From contig NZ_CP036280.1 of assembly GCF_007748075.1 (NCBI RefSeq), forward strand, positions 2,310,001-2,342,000: a DNA stretch of 32,000 bases, in the 5' to 3' direction. This stretch comes from Mucisphaera calidilacus (GTDB lineage Bacteria > Planctomycetota > Phycisphaerae > Phycisphaerales > Phycisphaeraceae). The position numbers and the translations under genes are program-made. Positions 6,430 through 15,416 of the stretch are shown piece by piece. The notes below the pieces were generated by a model. The model was not told where the DNA came from, ran no database searches, and saw only the letters and a program-made list of their open reading frames with translations. How positions within the stretch are numbered: the stretch's first letter is position 1; the number at the start of each line of letters is the position of its first letter.

Positions 6430-9372
6430 ATGTTTAACCGTTTCACCTTGCCTGTATTTGCCGGTTTGATGTCGTGTGTTCCGGGTGCTGCGATGGCTGC
6501 GGAGCCGTTCCAGATCGGGTTTCTCTGGCACATGCATCAGCCGACGTACCGGCCGGGGCAGACGCTGTACGAGGCGGAGAACTCAGGCGCTTTTTCGTTC
6601 AGCCTGGTGGACGTGCACAACCAGCGGCTGGGGCCGTACACGACCTGGCCGAGGGACGCGGTGCAGTCGGGTCTGGGGCTTCCGAATCTCGGGGCGTCGG
6701 TGTCGTTTTCGGGGTCGCTGATCCGGAACCTGAATGAGTTGGAGGCCTCGGGCACGAACGGCGGGCAGTGGACGAACTGGGATGGTGCATACCGTCAGGC
6801 GGCGGGGTGGCAGACGGCGGAGGGGAATGCCCGGCTGGATCTGGTGAACTTTGGTTTCAATCACCCGCTGATGCCGCTTCTGGACATGCGTGACATCGAG
6901 ATGCAGGTGAAGCTGCAGAAGCGCGTACACGAGGTGACGTGGGGTCCGGGCGTGCCGTTCTCGAAGGGGATTTTCCCGCCTGAGACGGCGTTCTCGACGC
7001 GGATCATCCCGGCGCTGGAGGCGGAGGGGATCGAGTGGGCGATCGTCGACAGCATTCACATCGAGCGAGCGACGGCGGGGTATCCGTACACAAGCGGTTC
7101 GAATCTCTACCCGCCGAACCCGGCGGATCAGATCAACCCGGATCACGGGACGTGGGTGCAGTTGGATGGGTTGTGGGCGCCGAGCAAGGTGTCGGCGCCG
7201 ACGGCGTAACAGCCGCATTATGTGCAGCACGTGGACCCGTCCACGGGTTCGGTGAGCAAGATTGTCGCGGTGCCGGCGGCGCGTTACGAGGGCAACGAGG
7301 ATGGGCGTGGCGGTTTCGGGGCGTTGCAGTACGAGCACGTGTTCAGTCAGCTGCAGCCTTACAACACGGACCCGGATCACCCCATGTTCGCGGTGCTGCA
7401 TCACGACGGCGACAACTTCGGGGGCGGTTCGGAGAGTTACTACCACGGCAACTTCCAGAGCATGGTGAACTGGGCGTCGGGGAACGGGTCGTACAACGTC
7501 ACGACGATTCAGGATTATCTCGACAAGTACCCCGTGGACGCGGACGACGTGATTCACGTCGAGAACGGCTCGTGGGCGGGTGCGGACAACGGCGACCCGG
7601 AGTTCAAGAAGTGGCTGGGCGATCCGGGGCCTGACGGCTGGAGCCCGGACCGCAACTCGTGGGCGGTGCTGACGGCGGCGAAGAATCACGTTTACACGGC
7701 GGACGATGTTGCGCCGGCGACGAACCTCGACAACGTCATCGACGGGACGGGCTCGGCGACGGAGCGGGCGTGGCACACGCTGCTGCAGGCTCAGGCGTCG
7801 GATCACTGGTACTGGGACGGGACGGAACTGTGGGACAGCAACGTGACGCTGGGGAGCAACCTCGCGGTGGCGGAGGTGGCGGGGATTGTGGCTTCGGTGG
7901 CGGGTGAGGAGTCGACGCCTCCGACGGTGTTCGTGCCCCGGCGTGAGTCGTACAACCCGGGCGGCTCCGAGTGGGGATCGTCGGCGGAGCCAAGTGATTT
8001 TGAGATCTGGACGTTCGCGTACGACGTGAGCGGTCTGGAGGAGGTGGTTCTGATGGTTCGCGTGGACGAGGACGGCGTGAACCCGCTGGACTCGATCCAG
8101 AACGAGACGTACGCGGGCGGTGAAGAGGTCGGTTCGTGGGTCGAGATCGCAATGACGGGCAGCGCGATGCCCGCCCCCCCTGCCGGGGTGATGTCTTCAA
8201 CGGTTCGTGCGGAGCAGTACGCGGCGATGGTGACGGGTTACGAGGACGTGCTGCTGGATTACTACGTCGAGGCAGTAGACCTGCTGGGCAACGTGACTCG
8301 GACGGACATCCAGCATGTGTACGTGGGCGAAGGCGTGTCGGTGGGCGGCGAGGGTGTCGTGCAGACTCCCGTGTCGCCGGTGGCAGGTGAGCTGGTGACG
8401 GTGACCTACGACGCATCGGGCGGTGTCCTGTCGGGCGCGGGTTCGGTGTGGATGCACTACGGGATCAACGACTGGGCGACGGTGTACCCCGATCTTCTGA
8501 TGAACTGGGACGCGACGGAGGAGGTCTGGTCCGCGGACATCGTGCTCAGTGACGCGGCGGAGCGTCTGGACATCGTCTTCAATGACGGCTCGGGCGTTTG
8601 GGACAACAACAACGGTTCAGACTGGCACTTCGACGTGGCGGGTGGCGGTCCGATCGAGCCTTCGTTCGTGATGGACGGTTCTCTCGACGGCGGGGTGTCG
8701 GCGTTGGCGGAGGCGGGCGGCCGGGGGTTGTATGCATCGGTCGCGGACGGGCAGTTGTACGTGGCGACGGAGTCGGCGGGGGAGGGTCAGGACGTGTTCA
8801 TCGTGGTGGCCTTGACGCCTGGTGATCTGACGTCGGCGATGTGGGGCAAGTCGGGTCAGGTGGCGGGCTGGGACGCGTTCCTGGCCGACGAGAACGACAA
8901 CGACTACGTGGGCTGGTTTGATACCCAGGGAACGGCGCTGCTGGCATCGGGCGGCGTGCTCGAGGGTGTGCTTGATCTGGAAGTCGAATTCGGTTCGCTG
9001 CCTGAGTTTGTGTACCTGGCGGTGGTGACGTTCGCGACGGCGGATGGCGGCGTGCTGGTGGATCAGGTGCCGGGTTCGGTGGACGGGAACGCGTGGGTGG
9101 AGGCTCTGGAGTTTGTACGGCTGCGCGTGTCGTCGCTGGCGGGGGATGTTGATCTGTCGGGGAGGGTGGATCTGCTGGACCTGAGTATTCTGGCGGCGCA
9201 TTTCGGTGATACGGGTGTCTTGCCGAGCGAGGGCGACCTGAATGATGATGGCGTGATCGACCTGCTGGACCTGAGCATCCTGGCGTCGAACTTCGGGAAG
9301 TCGGCGGATGTGCCCGAGCCGGGACATGGTGTCCTGGTGGCGTTGGGGCTGGCGGGTTTGCGTCGACGTTGA
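6430..9372 (+). pseudogene. GH57-type glycoside hydrolase with starch-binding-like module, dockerin-like repeats and PEP-CTERM tail, interrupted by one in-frame TAA (7207-7209)
   Basis: ORFs 6400-7209 and 7222-9372 are in the same frame and separated only by TAA plus 4 sense codons (..APTA*QPHYVQHVD..). GAGGA lies upstream of ATG 6430, followed by signal peptide MFNRFTLPVFAGLMSCVPGAAMA. GH57-like motifs lie on both sides of the stop. Before it are WHMHQP and PPETAF. After it are HHDGDNFGG and AQASDHWYW. A CBM-like segment follows (WMHYGINDW...WDNNNGSDWHF). The tail ends VPEPGHGVLVALGLAGLRRR. Confidence 0.8.
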
Positions 9373-9390
9373 ACGGACGGACGTAGAGGT

Positions 9391-9418
9391 TTGACAGGGT
9401 GTGCGGCTTGTCTACGCT
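9391..9418 (+). promoter_or_regulatory. candidate promoter TTGACA-N16-TACGCT upstream of purL
   Basis: Hexamers read directly from sequence, about 30 bp upstream of the preferred purL start. Confidence 0.25.
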
Positions 9419-9449
9419 GGCGGTTTCCCCTTCATGGAGGCCGCTACGG

Positions 9450-12400
9450 ATGGCAGTACATCGGATTGAGGTGTGGGACCGTTTTGCGTCGGGTGGTGCG
9501 GGTGCCGGCGGCGACCTGGGGGTATTGACAGAGGCGTTGGCGGGTCTGGGGCGTCCGGTGTCGGGTGCGTCGGGTTCGCTGGTGTACCTGGTGGAAGCCG
9601 AGGTGGACGCGGGGGTTGCGCGTGGTGTGGCGGAGGGTTTGCTGGCGGACCCGGTGGATCAGGAGGCAGTGCTGGGTGCGCGGTCGGCGGAGGCGGGCAC
9701 GGTGTGTCTGGAGGTGCATGATCTGCCCGGGGTGATGGACCCGGCGGCGGAGACGGCGCGTTCGGCGATCGCGGAGCGATTGGGTGTGGGCATTGAGGGT
9801 GTGCGGGTGCGGACGGGACGGCGCGTGGACCTGCGGTTTACGGGGGAGATGCCAGAAGATCAGGTACTGATACGTGCTGCGGAGCGTTCGATCGCGAACC
9901 CTGTGGTGGAGCGTGTGCGGCTGGGTCATGAGCACCCGGAGACGCTGGCGCTGGGTCGGCCTTACGCGTTTGAGCTTCGGCGGATCCCGCTGTCGGGTCT
10001 GGACGATGCTGCCTTGAAGGTGTTGTCTCGGGAGCAGCATCTGTTCTTGAGTGTGGCGGAGATGCGTACGATTCAGACGCATTTCGCGGAGCTGGGGCGC
10101 GAGCCGACGGATATCGAACTGGAGACGCTGGCGCAGACGTGGTCGGAGCACTGCGTGCACAAGACGCTCAAGAGCGCGGTGCGTTACACGGGTTTCGGGC
10201 GTGAGTGGCTGGCGTCGCTGCCGGGCGCGGAGGCGGACGGCGACGCGGTGTTGATCCCGAATCTATTGAAGCATTCGGTGGCGGCGGCGACGTTCGAGCT
10301 GATGGAAGAGACGGAGTTGGGCGACTGGTGCGTGAGTGTGTTCCACGACAACTCGGGCGTGGTGCGATTTGATGATGAGGACGGGGTGTGCATCAAGGTG
10401 GAGACGCACAATCATCCTTCGGCGCTGGAGCCCTATGGCGGCGCGGCGACGGGGATTGGCGGGTGCATACGCGACATCATCGGGACGGGGCTGGCAGCGC
10501 GGCCTGTTGCGAACACGGACGTCTTTTGCGTAGCGCGGCCTGAGGTTGCGGGCGCGGACCTTCCGGCGGGCGTGATCCACCCGAAGCAGATCCTGCGCAG
10601 GGTGGTGGAGGGCGTGCGTGATTACGGGAACCGGATGGGGATCCCGACGGTGAATGGCGCGGTGGCGTTTGACCCGGATTACGTCGGGAACCCGCTGGTG
10701 TTCGCGGGGTGTGTGGGTCTGATCCCGCTTGACCGTGTCGAGGGTGAACCGGGGCGTGGCGACCGGATCATTGCGGTGGGTGGCGCGACGGGTCGTGACG
10801 GGATTCACGGGGCGACGTTCTCGTCGGCGGAACTGACCGATGCGCACGCGGAGGAGTTTTCGCACGCGGTGCAGATCGGCAACCCGATCACGCAGAAAAA
10901 ACTGCTGGACGCGATCATGGCGGCGCGGGACTGGGTGGACCCGGCGACGGGCTCGCGGCGGTGCCTGTACAGCGCGATCACGGACTGCGGCGCGGGCGGT
11001 TTTTCGTCGGCGATCGGCGAGATGGGCGAGAAGATCGGTGCGTCGGTGGAGCTGGATCGTGCGCCTTTGAAGTATGACGGCCTGAGTTACACGGAGATCT
11101 GGATCAGCGAGGCGCAGGAGCGGATGGTGCTGGCGGTGCCGGCGGCGGACGTCGAAGCATTCGGCGCGTTGTGTGATGCGGAGGGTGCGGCGTGGTGTGA
11201 CCTGGGCGAGTTCGGTGTCGGTGAGGTGGATTCGCCCGAGCTGGTGCTGAATTACGGCGGGGTCGAGGTGGGTCGGATGTCGATGGATTTCCTGCACGAC
11301 GGCGTGCCGAAGACCGAGCGGGCGGCGCATGGCGAGGCGAAGCCTGAGCGAGCGGTATCGGATGCGGCGCTGCCGATAGATCGTGCTGCGGACCTGATGC
11401 GTCTGCTGCTGGGGCACCCGACGATCGCGTCGAAGCACTGGATTATCAGGCAGTATGACCACGAGGTTCAGGGTGGTTCGGTGGTGAAGCCGTTGACGGG
11501 TGTGGCGGCGGACGGGCCGTCGGACGCGGCGGTGATCCGGCCGAAGCTGGGGAGTCGCAAGGCGGTAGCGCTGGGCGGGGGCCTGGCTCCGCAGCTGTCG
11601 GAGAAGTCGGTGGAGCGGGGGACGTCGACGGACGGGGATGCGTACCACGCGGTATTGGCAGCGATTGACGAAGCGGTGCGGAACGTGGTGTGCGTAGGCG
11701 CGGACCCGGGTCGTGTGGCGATCCTGGACAACTTCTGCTGGCCGTCGTGTGACGATCCGTCGTCGATGGCGTCGCTGGCGCGTGCGGCGGCGGCGTGTTA
11801 TCACGGGGCGAAGGCGTACGGGACGCCGTTTGTGTCGGGCAAAGACTCGTTGCACAACCAGTTCACGACGGAGGATGGTCGGCTGATCACGATCCCGTCG
11901 ACGATGCTGATCACCGCGATGGGGATGGTGACGGACGCGGGGCGGTGTGTGACGAGTGACGCGAAGTCCGCGGGGAGTGTGCTGGTGCTGGTGGGCCCGG
12001 TGGGCGATGCGTTGGGCGGAAGTCATCTTGCGGAGGTGGCGGGGTTGTGCGGTTCGGTGCCGAAGGTCGATCTTGCGGTTGGGCCGAGGACGGCGCGGGC
12101 GGTGGCGGGTGCTCTTGCGGGCGGGAAGGTGCTATCGGCGCACGACGTGTCGGACGGTGGCCTTGCGGTGTCGTCGTTCGAGATGGCGATGGGCGGGCGT
12201 CTGGGGGTGAAGCTGGACTTGTCGTCGCTGGCCGGCGTGCGCTGGGAGGCGGCCCTGTTTGGCGAGGGGCCGTCGCGTTACGTGCTGGAGGTGGACGAAT
12301 CGGAGGTGGAGGGTGTGCTGGCTGCGCTGACCGAGGCGGGTGCGGAAGCGCGTCGAGTGGGCGTGGTGACGGAAGAGAAAGTGTTCGAGGTGGAGGGTGT

Positions 12401-12458
12401 GATGTCGGCGTCGATGGCGGAGCTGCGCGGGGTCTGGCTGGGTGTGCTGGATTGGTAG
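9450..12458 (+). CDS. purL: phosphoribosylformylglycinamidine synthase, PurL with N-terminal PurS-like extension
   Basis: PurL signatures are present: TWSEHCVHKT, VETHNHPSALEPYGGAATGIGG, and a duplicated AIR-synthase-like architecture. The preferred start is ATG 9450, with GGAGG 9 nt upstream, rather than the GTG at 9399. About 230 aa precede the PurL core. This extension includes a PurS-like segment (VMDPAAETARSAIAERLG...VRVRTGRRVDL...IANPVVERV). There is no glutaminase domain. Confidence 0.9.
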   Translation: MAVHRIEVWDRFASGGAGAGGDLGVLTEALAGLGRPVSGASGSLVYLVEAEVDAGVARGVAEGLLADPVDQEAVLGARSAEAGTVCLEVHDLPGVMDPAAETARSAIAERLGVGIEGVRVRTGRRVDLRFTGEMPEDQVLIRAAERSIANPVVERVRLGHEHPETLALGRPYAFELRRIPLSGLDDAALKVLSREQHLFLSVAEMRTIQTHFAELGREPTDIELETLAQTWSEHCVHKTLKSAVRYTGFGREWLASLPGAEADGDAVLIPNLLKHSVAAATFELMEETELGDWCVSVFHDNSGVVRFDDEDGVCIKVETHNHPSALEPYGGAATGIGGCIRDIIGTGLAARPVANTDVFCVARPEVAGADLPAGVIHPKQILRRVVEGVRDYGNRMGIPTVNGAVAFDPDYVGNPLVFAGCVGLIPLDRVEGEPGRGDRIIAVGGATGRDGIHGATFSSAELTDAHAEEFSHAVQIGNPITQKKLLDAIMAARDWVDPATGSRRCLYSAITDCGAGGFSSAIGEMGEKIGASVELDRAPLKYDGLSYTEIWISEAQERMVLAVPAADVEAFGALCDAEGAAWCDLGEFGVGEVDSPELVLNYGGVEVGRMSMDFLHDGVPKTERAAHGEAKPERAVSDAALPIDRAADLMRLLLGHPTIASKHWIIRQYDHEVQGGSVVKPLTGVAADGPSDAAVIRPKLGSRKAVALGGGLAPQLSEKSVERGTSTDGDAYHAVLAAIDEAVRNVVCVGADPGRVAILDNFCWPSCDDPSSMASLARAAAACYHGAKAYGTPFVSGKDSLHNQFTTEDGRLITIPSTMLITAMGMVTDAGRCVTSDAKSAGSVLVLVGPVGDALGGSHLAEVAGLCGSVPKVDLAVGPRTARAVAGALAGGKVLSAHDVSDGGLAVSSFEMAMGGRLGVKLDLSSLAGVRWEAALFGEGPSRYVLEVDESEVEGVLAALTEAGAEARRVGVVTEEKVFEVEGVMSASMAELRGVWLGVLDW

Positions 12459-12500
12459 TCACGGCGGAGTTGTGGCGGGGTTTGGATCTATACTCCGGGG

Positions 12501-15368
12501 ATGACGAAACCGACCGAGTCGCCTGAGACGATTTATCTCATTGATGGTCACGCGCAGATTTTTCGCGCGTTTTTCGCAATCCGGACGGGGATGACGTCAC
12601 CTGTGACGGGTGAACCGACGAACGCGACGTTCGGTTTCGTGGGGATGCTGATGAAGCTGCTGACCCAGTGCAGGCCGACGCACGTGGTGATGGCGGTGGA
12701 CACGAAGGGTGCGACGTTCCGAAACGAGTTGTTCCCGGATTACAAGGGGAATCGTGATGCGCCGCCCGAGGAGTTGCCGCCTCAGATCCCGCGGATCATC
12801 GAGTTGACAAAGCTGTTCGGGATCCCGGTGCTGGGTCATGAGGGAGCGGAGGCGGATGACGTGATGGCGACGCTGACACGTCGTGTGCTGGGGAGCGAGG
12901 CATTTACGGGGGCGCGCGTGAAGCTGGTGTCGAAGGACAAGGACCTTGAGCAGCTACTCAACGATCGGGTGTCGATGTACGACATCCACACGGACACGGA
13001 GATCGACATCAACTACCTGATGGAGAAGAAGGGGATCCGTCCGGATCAGGCGGTTGATCTGCAGGTGCTGACGGGCGACTCGGTGGACAACATCCCGGGG
13101 GTGACGGGCGTGGGGACGAAGACGGCGGCGAAGCTGCTGGACCAGTTCGGGACGGTGGAGGGTCTGCTGGAGCGGCTGGACGAGGTGAAGGGCAAGCGGA
13201 AGGAGAACATCGAGAAGGCGAAGGCGTTCTTCCCGATCGCGCGGAAGCTGGTGACGCTTGACCAGCACGTGAACCTGGATTTTGAACTGGAGGCGACGCG
13301 GCTGGGTGCGATGGACAGCGAAACACTGCTGACGCGTTTCAAGGAACTCGGCTTCAATCGTCATGCGCAGGATCTGCGTAGGCTGCTGGGGGATCGGGGT
13401 GAGGAGGAAGCGGAGGCCCCGGCGCAGCGTCGAGTTGTGGATGATGCTGCTGGGACACTTTTCGGCGGGTCGATGGAGGAGCGACCTGTGGCGGAGGCTT
13501 ATTCGTCGGCGGACTCGGATGCCTATGAGCTGGTGACGACCGATGCGGCGCTGGAGTCGCTGGGCGAGAGGCTACGCGGGCTGGCGGGGACGGATCGTGT
13601 ACTGGCGGTGGACACGGAGACGACGGGTCTGGGGTGGAAGGCGGAGATGTGCGGGGTGTGTCTGAGCTGGGAGGCGGGCAGCGGGGTTTATGTGCCGGTG
13701 CTGGGTCCGGAGGGGGAGACGATACTGCCGGCGGAGCGCGTGCGTGCGGTGCTGGGTCCGGTGATGGCGGACGCGACGATCCGGAAGGTGGGGCATCACT
13801 TCAAGTTTGACCTGCACGTGCTGCACCGCGCGGGGTATGTGGTCGAGGGTGTGGTGTTTGACACGATGATCGGGGCTGCGTTGACGGGAGCGCCGGGCCT
13901 GAAGCTGGATGATCTGGCGCTGGCGATGCTGGAGCACCGGATGATCCCGATCGAACAGTTGATCGGCACGAAGCCCAGACGCAAGTCGGACCCTGCGCAG
14001 AAGACGATGGATCAGGTGTCGCTGGCCGTGGCGGCGACGTACTCGGCGGAGGACGCGGACATCACGCTGCGTTTGTACGAGAAGCTGCGTCCGATGGTGG
14101 ACGAGCGCGGGATGGCGGGCCTGTTGGATGAGGTGGAGACGCCTCTGATCGCGGTGCTTGCGGACATGGAGGAGGCGGGTATCCGTGTGGACGCGGGCGA
14201 GTTGGATCGCCAGCGTGAGCGGCTGGAGGCCCGGATTATTGAGCTGCGTGACCTGACGCTGGAGCGAGCGGAGCAGGCGGGCGCGACGGTGCCGTTCAAT
14301 CTTGATTCGCCGAAGCAGCTGGCAGACGTGTTGTTCAACCAGTTGAAGCTGCCTGTGATCAAGCGGACGAAGACGGGCCCATCGACGGATGCGGAGGTGC
14401 TGGAGCGGCTGTCGGAGCGTGAGGACCTGGAGGGTCCGGCGGCGGACGTGCCGAAGCTGCTGACCGAATACCGGATGCTGACGAAGCTGGTGGGGACGTA
14501 CCTGACGTCGCTGAAGGAGGCGATTGATGAGGAGACGGGCCGGGTGCACGCGACATTCAACCAGACGGGTGCGGCGACGGGCCGGTTGTCGTCGAGCGAT
14601 CCGAACCTGCAGAACATCCCGATCCGGACGGAGGTGGGTCGCGAGGTTCGGCGTGCGTTCGTGGCCGAGCCGGGGAAGGTGCTGCTGGTGGCGGACTACT
14701 CACAGATCGAGTTGCGTGTGCTGGCGCATCTGTCGGAGGACCCGGCGCTGATCGAGGCGTTTGTGGGCGGGGAGGACATTCACCGTGCGGTGGCGGCGGA
14801 GGTGTTCGGGGTTGCGCCGGAGGATGTGACGTCTGAGCAACGGGGTCACGCGAAGACGATCAACTTCGGGATCATCTACGGGATCACGGCGTTCGGGCTC
14901 GCGCGGCGGATCGGTGATCTGGACCGGACGGCGGCGGCGGCGCTGATCGAGGCGTACAAGTCGCGTTTCACGGGCATCAACACGTTCCTCGATACGTGCG
15001 TGGAGCAGGCGAAGTCGTCGGGTTACGTGGCGACGATTCTGGGGCGTCGGCGCGCGATCCCCCAGATCGAGTCGAAGCAGCCGAACGTGCGGTCGTTGGG
15101 GGAACGTCTGGCGATCAACAGCGTGGTGCAGGGATCGGCGGCTGACCTGATCAAGGTGGCGATGGTGCGGCTGCACGCGGAGTTGACGAGTGTGGCGGGT
15201 GCGCGGCTGCTGCTGCAGATTCACGACGAGCTGGTCGTGGAGGCAGATGAGGCAGTGGCGGACGAAGTGGCGGGTTTGATGAAGGCGACGATGGAGGGTG
15301 CGATGGAGCTTCGCGTTCCGCTGGAGGTGGACCTTGGGCGTGGGCTGAGCTGGCACGAGGCCAAGTGA
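12501..15368 (+). CDS. polA: DNA polymerase I
   Basis: 955 aa with an N-terminal 5' nuclease domain (IYLIDGHAQIFRAFFA). The 3'-5' exonuclease ExoI motif is LAVDTETTGL. Polymerase motif A is LLVADYSQIELRVLAH, motif B is RGHAKTINFGIIYG and motif C is LLLQIHDELVVE. Confidence 0.97.
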   Translation: MTKPTESPETIYLIDGHAQIFRAFFAIRTGMTSPVTGEPTNATFGFVGMLMKLLTQCRPTHVVMAVDTKGATFRNELFPDYKGNRDAPPEELPPQIPRIIELTKLFGIPVLGHEGAEADDVMATLTRRVLGSEAFTGARVKLVSKDKDLEQLLNDRVSMYDIHTDTEIDINYLMEKKGIRPDQAVDLQVLTGDSVDNIPGVTGVGTKTAAKLLDQFGTVEGLLERLDEVKGKRKENIEKAKAFFPIARKLVTLDQHVNLDFELEATRLGAMDSETLLTRFKELGFNRHAQDLRRLLGDRGEEEAEAPAQRRVVDDAAGTLFGGSMEERPVAEAYSSADSDAYELVTTDAALESLGERLRGLAGTDRVLAVDTETTGLGWKAEMCGVCLSWEAGSGVYVPVLGPEGETILPAERVRAVLGPVMADATIRKVGHHFKFDLHVLHRAGYVVEGVVFDTMIGAALTGAPGLKLDDLALAMLEHRMIPIEQLIGTKPRRKSDPAQKTMDQVSLAVAATYSAEDADITLRLYEKLRPMVDERGMAGLLDEVETPLIAVLADMEEAGIRVDAGELDRQRERLEARIIELRDLTLERAEQAGATVPFNLDSPKQLADVLFNQLKLPVIKRTKTGPSTDAEVLERLSEREDLEGPAADVPKLLTEYRMLTKLVGTYLTSLKEAIDEETGRVHATFNQTGAATGRLSSSDPNLQNIPIRTEVGREVRRAFVAEPGKVLLVADYSQIELRVLAHLSEDPALIEAFVGGEDIHRAVAAEVFGVAPEDVTSEQRGHAKTINFGIIYGITAFGLARRIGDLDRTAAAALIEAYKSRFTGINTFLDTCVEQAKSSGYVATILGRRRAIPQIESKQPNVRSLGERLAINSVVQGSAADLIKVAMVRLHAELTSVAGARLLLQIHDELVVEADEAVADEVAGLMKATMEGAMELRVPLEVDLGRGLSWHEAK

Positions 15369-15416
15369 CCCTTCGACGCCGTCTCATGCCCCGGCTCCGG
15401 ATCGCAAGAAAGGGGT

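Noticed and set aside
12456-12458. Idea that TAG is reassigned (pyrrolysine or a sense codon), which would explain the two in-frame TAGs in the 30210-31952 gene.
   Set aside because: TAG terminates purL at a sensible C-terminus. Reading through it would run in frame into polA, which starts 45 nt later in the same frame, giving an absurd fusion. TAG also ends the 29880-30137 ORF. No pyl genes or CUA-anticodon tRNA are in the window. Genome-wide reassignment is unlikely, but local readthrough cannot be excluded.
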